Shown here in pieces: positions 43,201-50,676 of a stretch of 64,000 nucleotides of DNA (position 1 is its first letter; each line of letters begins with the position of its first letter). This DNA comes from Nitrospinaceae bacterium (GTDB lineage Bacteria; Nitrospinota; Nitrospinia; Nitrospinales; VA-1): contig JBHHVU010000009.1 of assembly GCA_046754465.1 (NCBI GenBank), positions 1 through 64,000 of the forward strand. The letters are read 5' to 3'. The notes beneath the pieces are model-generated. The model had not been told where the DNA came from, ran no database searches, and worked only from the letters and a program-made list of their open reading frames with translations. The translations under genes were made by a program, and so were the position numbers.

Positions 43201-45303
43201 GATGGCCTTTTCCACTTTTTTCAAACGCGCACTGGCATCGAGATAACCCCGGTGCGCCTTCACGGTCCCTGGATCGAAATCGATCACCTTGAGAAAGGTT
43301 TTCACCGCCAGCTTGACCTCGCCGACCCTCAGTTCCCAGGTCCCCTTTTCAAGCGATTTGCGGATCCATCCTTCCCGGGCCTTCCTGAGATGATCTTCCA
43401 GGGAGACGTCCTGCCGGGAAATTTTCCGGTAAATCGCCAGGCTTTGGCCGAAGTTTTCCTCTTCCGAGTAAATATTCGCCAGCGCCACCTGGGCCTTGAA
43501 TGCCTCGGAGGCCGCCGATGAAAAACGCGTGATGGTTTTTTTGTAGGCTTCCTTGGCCAGAAGATTTTCATTGGCGCGGTGGTAAAGTTCCCCGATCCGG
43601 TTCTGCACCGCCGCCGCCAGACGCGGAAGGTCCTTGTATTGAACCGTCAGGGTTTGCAGGCTGGAAACCTTCAATTCCAGGGTGGGTTGTTTCTCGTGCA
43701 GGTTGAGAATTTCCTGAATGGCTTTTTGCGACCAGGTCTCCACATCGTAATAATCGCGAACCACCTGCACGAACGCCTCGACCAGCCGTTTCTGGTCCCC
43801 CACGAGGGAATAGATTCCGCTCTGGGAAAACGCGGCCTCCGCCGCGAGAAACCTCTGGGACGGATATTGACGGGTCACCTTTTTATAAAAGTCCAACGCC
43901 TGGCTGGGACGGTCCAGCTTGAGGAGCAAATGACCCTTTTCCAAAAGGGCCCGGGCCGCAATATGCGGCTGGTCTTTTGCCTCCCCGGCGATCTGTTTCA
44001 GATGCACCAGCCCCTTTTGCAGTTTTTCCCGGTATAGGGTCTGGCCTTCCTGCCGAGAGCGATCCAGCTGCAACAGCAGGAGATCGATTTTCGCTAGTCC
44101 CTGGTATTCCGGTGAATCCGAATGTTTTTTTAGGATGTCCCCGAACCGCCTGGCGGCGCTCTCCAAGTGTCCCAATTTCTGATAATCGCGGGCCAGCCGG
44201 TAACGAATGCGGCCCAGGCTTCTCTCGCCCGCGAACTGTTGGATCACATTGGTATAGACCAAAAGGCACGGGTATGAGGGCGTCTGCCCCGAACACAGGT
44301 CCCCCGCTACTTGCAGGGTGGCTCCGTACCCCGAGGCCCCGGGCATGAGGCCCTCGGGAGGGATTTTCCAGATATCGATCCCGTTCTTTCGATGGGAGGT
44401 GAATAACAGCCCCTCCCCGGCGGGGCCGGGGGCCGGAAGCAGATCGTAGGTCGAACTATCGGTCAACTGCCTCAAAAGGCCCCCTTTCATGGGGGTGAAT
44501 TCGATACTCCAGATATTCGGATTATCGTCGATGGTCACCTGTCCGTCGAAATTCGTATCGTCCCGGTACCGGGTGAAATAAATGAGTCCGCCGTCCCGCC
44601 GCCAGGCCGGTGAGACATCGATATCGTTCCCCGAGGTGAGGCGGACCCGTTGGCCGGTCGTCAGTTCGAGAACCCAGAGATTGCGTTTTCCATCGCCGGA
44701 CACATAGGCCAGGTATCGGCCGTCCGGGGAGACCGCGGGGTTGACCCCCGCCTCCTCCACGTTAGACCGGACGAGAGTCTTCAACTCGATCCGGAAGATC
44801 CCCTGTTTTCCGGTTTCCGGATGCGTCGAGGTGAAATAAATGAAATTTCCGTCCGGGCTCCATGCGGGATCGAGGTCCGCCGTGGCGGCCGGAGTGAGCC
44901 GTAGCAACTTGGGAGGCGTCCCGCCCCCCCGCTCGTCGAGATCGAGCACGTAGAGATCGCCCTTGGGATCGGACCGGTGGGAAACAAACGCGATCCGGCG
45001 TCCATCGGGACTGAATTTCGGGGAATTGTCCTGGGCGCTGTGAACCGTCAATGGCTCATCCGGAGGGGGCACACCCGGGCCCAGGTGTTTCAGCCACAGA
45101 TCCAGATGGCCGGACTGGCCGGAGACATAAACCATGAGTTTCCCGTCCGGGGATATATCGGCGGCGAAATCCTCGCCCGGATGGGTCGTGATCTGCACGG
45201 GCTTGTTAAAAAGGGCCTCCGCCCCCAGGACGGCGGGAGGGGAAAAACTTAAAATCAGGAAAAAAATCGCGATGGAAATCCTGGATAATTTCTGAGGGTC
45301 CAT
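37279..45303 (-). CDS. Giant exported PD40/TolB-propeller + TPR + CHAT (caspase HetF-associated) protein, about 2,674 aa
   Basis: Signal peptide MDPQK..AVLGA; PD40 repeats (SPKFSPDG, PAWSPDG, PAVSPDG); many TPRs (ATAYNNIGLVH.., AESYSTLGIV..); C-terminal CHAT with IHIASHG and VTLSACQTG, SLWRVSD, PSYWAGFNL. Confidence 0.9.
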   Translation of the reverse strand: MDPQKLSRISIAIFFLILSFSPPAVLGAEALFNKPVQITTHPGEDFAADISPDGKLMVYVSGQSGHLDLWLKHLGPGVPPPDEPLTVHSAQDNSPKFSPDGRRIAFVSHRSDPKGDLYVLDLDERGGGTPPKLLRLTPAATADLDPAWSPDGNFIYFTSTHPETGKQGIFRIELKTLVRSNVEEAGVNPAVSPDGRYLAYVSGDGKRNLWVLELTTGQRVRLTSGNDIDVSPAWRRDGGLIYFTRYRDDTNFDGQVTIDDNPNIWSIEFTPMKGGLLRQLTDSSTYDLLPAPGPAGEGLLFTSHRKNGIDIWKIPPEGLMPGASGYGATLQVAGDLCSGQTPSYPCLLVYTNVIQQFAGERSLGRIRYRLARDYQKLGHLESAARRFGDILKKHSDSPEYQGLAKIDLLLLQLDRSRQEGQTLYREKLQKGLVHLKQIAGEAKDQPHIAARALLEKGHLLLKLDRPSQALDFYKKVTRQYPSQRFLAAEAAFSQSGIYSLVGDQKRLVEAFVQVVRDYYDVETWSQKAIQEILNLHEKQPTLELKVSSLQTLTVQYKDLPRLAAAVQNRIGELYHRANENLLAKEAYKKTITRFSSAASEAFKAQVALANIYSEEENFGQSLAIYRKISRQDVSLEDHLRKAREGWIRKSLEKGTWELRVGEVKLAVKTFLKVIDFDPGTVKAHRGYLDASARLKKVEKAIGFYKNRLKVREDSAVDRYALGLAYTYLDPPGLDAAEREISKAIAINAQQVFFHQTLGWVFEQKERSVPGQGFLERALNEYRMALALNDETTDAENENNLLLNLGNGHYLLKNHFSAYHYYRQRGASGFPFYDPNREAIFRQRFGESAFKSGFPAVAAAQFKKALKIVSKKNDPGRMAELNDRIALVYQDTGDAARAVEYFSKALELNRKAGNQVSLSRTLRNIANNLFTLNRQKKEPDPKSLNQALSIYFQAIDNLEKFGVVQRAAGKKNDALIGIEIETGIDADASGAARGFDKTGEQKLIFHYIGKIYGDFGDYDKAVEYFQKKLALIPENLDVEKNIPVLLEKALIENQIGNYLYHGGHYDSSIGYFKDSYQLSRRLNNKRGIVVNAANIAKAVFTQCQNRPLFTLRDPIENTIHLLEEASAGLGPIEEFTSPEYIVLIKNYLGIFNHYLGFRLTDRARPGSQSVPSRTLIRETAGKLKAAVQRVNQSIRYFEEGLSLLRQSGLPRDKMEPALKQNLELTYYLAGRKGEARENPSPPERPAMRWKRKYIDSLMAPPEKRLPLLLEAEGLLSRLPFGAVGKDSSTLALLEDLYLAITRVLFDKKQFARALHFSEKGHQQLLLSLRPSFYPVNEDRRSFVDELSGYAKRLEDLASSRKSAPDQESGEEEILEEYQEVLELLREEDPVLASLFAPEVPGLKEIQGLLRPGELLLKVQKVFDGILVWRVDAASIQGIRVPLGAGGGHRITRLVGEGAKAQPSDLEDLSRLLVKPVKESLEKASSLLIIADGDLEFLPWAALRPADRSLAEMMPITFLSSLHQLQQAESKKNLYNSRFLGVEVSKFGTISRKFASAVNLTGEEANRGRFQSQWKYYGVIHVASETRLGRLDPASSYIRLGRGSNRFERIPLADLFADPVESNFIALTDVTYEFHPEIGLSPTAPLIQGLVAKGYPGILLRTGAFDPEIHAELTELFYRDFREGNPAEALRRAQIEIAKRHPGSLAWTGYRVYGFPGMGKEEKTRFAHAHFKENAQIGAKAFLEEKDWIRAIDYLEKALVLIDFLPGQNFADRIYKTLGQAAYNMGDYPKAIHYQTALLKWAGKQEDPEELADALYFLGILYSRAENYSVSVETLRKALSIFEENGILDRLAESYSTLGIVEENALDYGQALKAFRASLKINDEIGEDLNKGRELRRIGRIYYLRLNQYSEARKYFQQAYDLFEAQGYPEQIVETLLELGLVSEKEGDFTQALNYYGKAQSLATDGDFRQGLSKALLYQANSHWYQGNYQKAFRFQKESLKIAQAAGDKRQQAFIYNTLGLIYWTLNDSPRALTHLNHSLELAKEVQSPLDIATAYNNIGLVHRKDKRYEKSIEFFKKALEKDIELKSKWGQGYTHRNMGMSYLRMGKTDEAETHIKQAVDLSREIGNKTNLVKSMLELGHVNLERKNCKEAIGIFRGTAQMAAALNIQEVHWRALRGEGVCLAASRNRAEAVKVYKQAVKIVDRMRAAIKVEEFQNGFLTDKQDVYKELILLLLDMGRVEESFNFAERAKSRSFIDLLGNQRISLKNEVSQKLYDALTGQKKKIRKIEEGVGEARSRDDEEAAKRLRKQLVEARNRYQDLLIEAKEQSPEISAFVTVDSITLQELDDLLELPVALIEYLVTDKELVTWVVVKGRIDVVRTPVTEADLNALIKDYRKRMQQLAPVEDQSARLHGLLIQPIRKLISGKRVLGIVPNGFLHYISFASLKDAGGYLVERHPLFYSPSASVLKFTFKRKFAKGPSVKVLALGNPDLGDLNYDLPLAEMEAKSIQWDFPKIDVLTREKATESWLNKHIGEYGIIHIASHGEFDPVNPLFSSLKLSKDENADGNFEVNEVFSLQINADIVTLSACQTGLGDITGGDELVGLNRAFIYAGTHAILSSLWRVSDISTAILIKHFYRNYVRDNKAESLRKAQLLVKKLYPHPSYWAGFNLTGDYR

Positions 45304-45678
45304 ATCCGCGGCCTCAAACCTCCAAGAGGTTGGAAGGGTGTTAGGTGGTTTTATTATAACCCGAAAGGGAACGGGGCGGAGTGCCTCCGCGGGCAATTTG
45401 TCATACTTTCATATAGCGGACAAAGGTTGACTGGCGATGATGCCATGACCTATCTCCCTCCCCGCGAGGCGGGGGGCGGAGAATCGCCGTCACGCGGGAA
45501 TTTTCCCCCGTAAAAACCGGTTTTACCCATTTCTCGCGGGAATAGGGGACGCATGGATGAAACATTCCCTTGAAAAAGAAGATGAAATGGATTACAAAAC
45601 GCACTACACGGCAAAACCGGAGCTATCCCGTGGTCCGGTTTCCTAATTCCCCGCAGCATATCGAAATTAAACAGAATA

Positions 45679-47205
45679 ATGAACATCCAAATTAATTTCG
45701 CGGATATGGACTGGCTGGCGCTCGCCCCTGAGCTGATCGTGTTCTTCACCGCCATGATCATTTTGCTGGCGGGATTGAACAAAGTTATCAACTCGAACTC
45801 CATATTGTCCAAAATTTCCCTGGCCGGGGTTTTGGCCGCGTTAGGGTTTTCTTTTTATCTCTGGACCCTGGCGCCCAATGCGGGGAATGGAGAAAGCCCC
45901 GAAATTTTCAGCCATGCCCTCATCTATGACCGGTTTTCTCTGAGTTTTAACATTATATTCCTGATAATGTCCCTGTTTACGATTTTCGGTTCGGTGCGCT
46001 ACCCTCAGCCCGACCACGAAAACAAGGCGGAATATTTTACCTTGGTCCTGATCGCCGTGATGGGAATGATGTTTCTCGCCAAGGCGGGTAACCTGATCAT
46101 CGCCTTCCTTTCCCTGGAGATCTTTTCCATCTCTCTTTACATCCTGTGCGGGTTTTCCGCCAAGCACGGGACCGGACGCGAAAGCCCCACGGAATCCCCG
46201 CAACTGACCTGGGCTTGTCTTTCATCGCAGGAATCGACCGTCAAATACCTGCTGACGGGAGCTTTCGCGTCGGCCATCCTGGTCTATGGCATGGCGCTCA
46301 TTTACGCGGGCACGGGAACGACGGAAATCAGGCTCATCGGCCAACTGCTGAAGGAGAACCCCTACAGTTCGAACATCCTGGTCTATATCGGCATGGCCCT
46401 GATGTTCTCGGGGCTGGCCTTCAAGGTGTCCCTGGTCCCTTTCCATTCCTGGACGCCGGACGTGTACCAGGGCGCTCCGACCCCCATCACCGGTTTCATG
46501 TCCGTCGCCACCAAGGCGGCGGCTTTCGCCCTCATCGCCAGAATATTCTTTGTCGCCTTGCCGCAAATCAAGGATATCTGGATGCCCTTCCTGTTTGGCA
46601 TTTCGGTGCTCACCATGCTCGTTGGCAATATCGCCGCGATTTTCCAGGACGACGTCAAACGCATGCTGGCCTATTCCGGCGTCGCCCACGCGGGGTACCT
46701 GCTGATCGGGATCGTGGCCAACACCCAGGACGGCGTGGCCAGCATCCTTTTTTACCTGGCGGTTTACCTGTTCATGAATATCGGGGCCTTCGCGGTAGTC
46801 TTCATCGTGGAGGGGGAAGGACAGGAGGGGAACTCCATTTACCGATTTAAGGGCCTGGCCAAGAGGTGTCCCCTTCTTGCCGCGGCCATGAGTCTGTTCA
46901 TGGTCTCCCTGGCGGGGGTTCCCCCGACAGCGGGATTCTTCGGAAAACTTTATGTGTTCGTCGCCGCGATCAAGGCAGGGTACACCCTGATCACGGTGCT
47001 GGCCGTCATCGCCAGCGTGATCTCGGTTTATTTTTACCTGCGGGTGATCGTGATGATGTATTTCCACCCGGACGAAGAAAAAACACCCTTTGTCATCAAT
47101 CGCGGGATGGCAACCATCGTTACGGTGAGTTCACTGGCCATCCTCATTATCGGGCTCTATCCCTCTCACCTGATGCAACTTGCGCTGAAATCCCTCCCCT
47201 TCTAG
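45679..47205 (+). CDS. nuoN: NADH-quinone oxidoreductase subunit N
   Basis: LAPEL, FLSLEIFSISLY, KYLLTGAFAS, FKVSLVPFHSWTPDVYQGAPTP, KRMLAYSGVAHAGY, SLAGVPPTAGFFGK. Confidence 0.95.
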   Translation: MNIQINFADMDWLALAPELIVFFTAMIILLAGLNKVINSNSILSKISLAGVLAALGFSFYLWTLAPNAGNGESPEIFSHALIYDRFSLSFNIIFLIMSLFTIFGSVRYPQPDHENKAEYFTLVLIAVMGMMFLAKAGNLIIAFLSLEIFSISLYILCGFSAKHGTGRESPTESPQLTWACLSSQESTVKYLLTGAFASAILVYGMALIYAGTGTTEIRLIGQLLKENPYSSNILVYIGMALMFSGLAFKVSLVPFHSWTPDVYQGAPTPITGFMSVATKAAAFALIARIFFVALPQIKDIWMPFLFGISVLTMLVGNIAAIFQDDVKRMLAYSGVAHAGYLLIGIVANTQDGVASILFYLAVYLFMNIGAFAVVFIVEGEGQEGNSIYRFKGLAKRCPLLAAAMSLFMVSLAGVPPTAGFFGKLYVFVAAIKAGYTLITVLAVIASVISVYFYLRVIVMMYFHPDEEKTPFVINRGMATIVTVSSLAILIIGLYPSHLMQLALKSLPF

Positions 47206-47496
47206 CAACAAAAAAGTTCGTTGCCTCCGTCTTTTGAAACCGCCGCTTCTCCGCCGCCTCCCGGTTCCCTTATCCGAAACTATCGCTTCTGTTGAAAAAA
47301 TGCAACGGGGGCCTATATTTATTAGGAGGGGCAGGGATATCTCCCGAAAATTTAAAGGAAACCTATCCGGCAAGGAGTTCAAGGCCGGGATTGAAGGATC
47401 AATTGGCGTGACCCGTGAAATGTGCGGCGGATCGTGCGCGTTTCCAATTGATTTCATATATGAATTGAGGCATATTGAGGGCCTCTCAATCAACCC

Positions 47497-47961
47497 ATGG
47501 TGATCCAAATGCTTACGAAGAATTCGTTGGGCCGAATTTTTATTCTGATTTGGATGGGAAGTTTTTGGGTTTTTCCTGGAACATCGCTCGCCGACGCAAA
47601 TGAAAAGTTGGGGATGATAAACATCCAACAGGTGGAGGCGGAACGGGCGATCAGTCAGAAACCCTTGATCGACACGACCGATTTCTACGTGGAAAACAAC
47701 CTACAAACCGGTGACTTCATACAACCCGATTTGTTCACTGCCGGTATTGGAGGGGATTTCAGGCTTAACCTGGGTGATATTCGAAAGAATCGGGAGTTTG
47801 ATCAGGGAATTCGAGGTCCGGGCGTGGACCTGTTCTTCGCGCATACCTTGGATACCGGCAGAATCGAACCGGGCAGTGAGGAAAAGGCGGGAGTCCTCCT
47901 CCAAATCCAGGAATCCCAGGGCAGCATTTTCAAACAACTGAATTTCCTTTTCAACAGATAA
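47497..47961 (+). CDS. Hypothetical exported protein
   Basis: Signal peptide ending SLA-D; alternating beta-strand pattern toward the C-terminus; start may be 47509. Confidence 0.55.
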   Translation: MVIQMLTKNSLGRIFILIWMGSFWVFPGTSLADANEKLGMINIQQVEAERAISQKPLIDTTDFYVENNLQTGDFIQPDLFTAGIGGDFRLNLGDIRKNREFDQGIRGPGVDLFFAHTLDTGRIEPGSEEKAGVLLQIQESQGSIFKQLNFLFNR

Positions 47962-47979
47962 AACAAAGTTCCCGTTTGT

Positions 47980-48080
47980 TGAAAGATAAAAGGGACGCTG
48001 GAGAAAATCATTGAATTCTCCGTTTCGTCCCTTTTATCATTTCAGGGTCCCTGTCGGCCGGAGGCTGCCCGCAGGGACCC
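47980..48080. repeat. Tandem long inverted repeats / structured intergenic element
   Basis: Perfect 13-bp IR gataaaagggacg (47985-47997) / cgtcccttttatc (48026-48038) with inner ggagaa/ttctcc stem; adjacent 9-bp IR gggtccctg (48045-48053) / cagggaccc (48072-48080). Confidence 0.7.
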
Positions 48081-48116
48081 CGCCCGAAAATTATCTTTCT
48101 TCCATCCCGGCAGGGC

Positions 48117-48740
48117 TTACCATAACAGGCTGCGCCCAAACAAACTGCGGCTGGCCCCGCTCAATCCGCCGACCACGGCACCGATCGCCGCTCCATCACC
48201 GGGACTGCCCACCACGGCACCGATCGCCGCACCCGCCGCCGCTCCCAAGGCGCCTCCAAGCAGGGTTCCCGTTACGGGATCATTCCCCCCATAACTTCCA
48301 CCCTGTTGGTAGTACTGGGGCTGTGGATAAGGCGCGGGGGAACTGTACACGACCGGGGGCTGATAAACCGTCCGGGGAGCCTCGTAGGGTCTCGGTGCCT
48401 CATAATTGTATTCCCATTCCTCATAGTAAGACCCGTCAGGATTGGAACGGGTATACCCCTTGCCGTGATAACTCCCCTGACCATAGGGTGGGTGATATTC
48501 CCTATAGGGGTGATGGTGACGATAACCCCTGGCGTGATCATATTGAGGAGACCGGTAAGTTCGGTACGTATGTGAATATACGTGGGTTTCTTCCGGACAA
48601 TCATAGTTGGTAGTGACCACATGACGGTTCCCCTGGTAACCGTTATAATAATTTCCGGTATTTCTCGGGTCAGCCTGCGCATAGGGACTCAAAAACAGAA
48701 CCAGCAACCCGCTCAGTAATAATACTTTTGAACTTTTCAT
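48117..48740 (-). CDS. Exported Tyr/His/Pro-rich protein with C-terminal glycine zipper
   Basis: Signal peptide ..SPYAQA; low-complexity Y/H-rich middle; GTLLGGALGAAAGAAIGAVVG..GAAIGAVVGGLSG; RBS GGAGG upstream. Confidence 0.8.
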   Translation of the reverse strand: MKSSKVLLLSGLLVLFLSPYAQADPRNTGNYYNGYQGNRHVVTTNYDCPEETHVYSHTYRTYRSPQYDHARGYRHHHPYREYHPPYGQGSYHGKGYTRSNPDGSYYEEWEYNYEAPRPYEAPRTVYQPPVVYSSPAPYPQPQYYQQGGSYGGNDPVTGTLLGGALGAAAGAAIGAVVGSPGDGAAIGAVVGGLSGASRSLFGRSLLW

Positions 48741-48804
48741 GACCACACCTCCGAGTTTAGGGAATCTCAACCCAATCCAGGCAAATAATTCCTTCACACT
48801 TGTG

Positions 48805-48833
48805 ATAATATATGCATACAATTTTAATGTCAA
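48805..48833 (-). promoter_or_regulatory. Sigma-70 promoter for the glycine-zipper gene
   Basis: Minus strand TTGACA-N17-TATTAT preceded by an AT-rich UP-like tract. Confidence 0.65.
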
Positions 48834-49049
48834 TATCTTTTTTAAATTTATATAAAATTTCTTACACAGTTGTGTCGGGGTTGGGAGGGAAAAATAACAA
48901 CGAAGGGGAGAAAATCAGGAAAATTAAAAAAAACAGGGGGATCTCCGGGTTTTCAACCGAATCACCTTATTGATATTTAATCTAATAGGACCAATCTGGG
49001 GAATCCTGGGGACCCTCTATGGTAAAACGTGGAACGGCTATGGGGAGAT

Positions 49050-49487
49050 TCATCCTTCCAGAATAAAGGTGACGGGACCGTCGTTGATGAGCTCCACCTG
49101 CATTTCGGCGCCGAATTTTCCTGTGCCCACCCGCAAGCCGGACGACGTAAGTTTTTCAATATAGCGGTGATAAAGGGATTCGGCCTCCTCCGGCGGCGCC
49201 GCCCGGTCGAATCCTGGACGGCGGCCCTTGGTGCAGTCTCCCGCGAGCGTAAACTGGGAGACGGTCACAATATCCCCTCCAACATCCTTGCAGGATAGAT
49301 TCATTTTTCCCCGATGATCGGGGAAAATGCGCAGATGAAGGGTTTTTTCAACGAGGGCATCGACGCTGGCGGCGGCATCCCCTTTTTCCGCCCCGAAGAG
49401 GACCAACAGCCCCTTTCCAATGCGGGCGATTTCCCGTCCTTCCACGCGCACCGAGGCGCTGGTGACTCTCTGTAAAACCAGTTTCAT
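49050..49487 (-). CDS. dtd: D-aminoacyl-tRNA deacylase
   Basis: VLQRV, LRIF, VSQFTL, KGRRPGF, FGAEMQVELINDGPVT. Confidence 0.96.
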   Translation of the reverse strand: MKLVLQRVTSASVRVEGREIARIGKGLLVLFGAEKGDAAASVDALVEKTLHLRIFPDHRGKMNLSCKDVGGDIVTVSQFTLAGDCTKGRRPGFDRAAPPEEAESLYHRYIEKLTSSGLRVGTGKFGAEMQVELINDGPVTFILEG

Positions 49488-49523
49488 GGGTGAAAGATTC
49501 GAGTTTCCGGATCGACGTGAATT

Positions 49524-49700
49524 TTACCGGGCGGTGAAAAACCGGGAGCTGGTTCCTTCGGGGCCTATAAGGATTTCAACTTTTCGGAAACACCGGGGGC
49601 AGCGCCCCTCATAGGCGTTGTTGTCCTTATTAAGGTAGACTCTCCGGTAAATGTTACAACATTCGAAGAGAATACCGAGGAATTTCTTCTTCTGCCGCAT
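49524..49700 (-). CDS. Small Cys-rich (Zn-ribbon-like) protein
   Basis: FLGILFECCNIYRRVY..YEGRCPRC; co-oriented and tightly spaced in the operon. Confidence 0.7.
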   Translation of the reverse strand: MRQKKKFLGILFECCNIYRRVYLNKDNNAYEGRCPRCFRKVEILIGPEGTSSRFFTAR

Positions 49701-49749
49701 CCTTCCCCCATTCAATGGATTTTAAAACCCCCGGTCTTGACCTCAATTG

Positions 49750-50649
49750 TCATTTAAGTGAATCCAGCGCCTTGATTTTGGCTTCCTTGAAATATTGATG
49801 AGGAATATGCATGGCCTTGGTGATTTTGCGGATTTGTTCGGACTCCTCAAACGATATGTTTCCGTCGGCCGTGGCGATGGCGAAAAAGCAGTCGATCAGC
49901 TGGAGCCGTTCGTTAAAACTGAACCTCTGGTTGAACTGGGTGATCACTTCATGAAAATCGAATCCCTGCCGTTCCTGCTCCTCGACCACCTCAAAAAGGG
50001 TGTCCGATTCCGCCCCATGAAACCCGAACCGGCCGGCGAGGATTTTTTTCAGGTCCTTTTTTTCGGCTTCATCAAAATGACCGTCCACATGCGCCACCGA
50101 AGCGAGCAGGGTGCCCAAAAGGCAGATGTCATAGATCCGGTCCTCGGGCAGGTTTATTTTATGGCCAAGTTTAGCGCTCTTCAATTCAATTTTTTTGAAT
50201 ATTTTTCTTTTGAAATATCTTTCCAGGTCGGGGTCCATATCACGCGCGGCAGTGAAAAGCGTCCGTTGCAGGAAATTGCGGATTTTCCCGAGCGACCGGG
50301 TGGTGAAGGAGGATTCCTTCAGCCAGGCCGCGAACTGTTCCACCAGGGCCAATTCCCGGGCGTCTTTTTTCCGGTTGGTTTCGGCCAGGGTTTCCAGGGC
50401 TTGCAGGATCTCCTGTTTCTCTTCCATGGAGGACAACTCGGCAATCAACTGACGGAACAATGCCTCCTGCGCCTCCTTGGGCAAGGGAGCTTCCAGATAG
50501 GGCTTCAATTCCCGCAATTGTTCCGGATCCAGGTTGAATTCGCGGATGAACGATTTGAGGAGATTGAGTTCGGAATGGGTCATCTGCCCATCGGCCCACG
50601 CGACGGCGGTCATCACTTTCAGGAATGTCAGCTTTTTAAAATAGGACAT
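49750..50649 (-). CDS. TerB family protein with two TerB-like domains
   Basis: AVAWADGQMTHSE, SVAHVDGHFDEAEK and AIATADGNISFEE motifs. Confidence 0.8.
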   Translation of the reverse strand: MSYFKKLTFLKVMTAVAWADGQMTHSELNLLKSFIREFNLDPEQLRELKPYLEAPLPKEAQEALFRQLIAELSSMEEKQEILQALETLAETNRKKDARELALVEQFAAWLKESSFTTRSLGKIRNFLQRTLFTAARDMDPDLERYFKRKIFKKIELKSAKLGHKINLPEDRIYDICLLGTLLASVAHVDGHFDEAEKKDLKKILAGRFGFHGAESDTLFEVVEEQERQGFDFHEVITQFNQRFSFNERLQLIDCFFAIATADGNISFEESEQIRKITKAMHIPHQYFKEAKIKALDSLK

Positions 50650-50676
50650 AAGCAGGTTTCAGTAAAAAGAGGTTTT

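Noticed and set aside
37279..45303. CHAT protein as part of a type III-E CRISPR (Craspase) system
   Set aside because: No cas genes or repeat-spacer array in the window, and the protein has a signal peptide.
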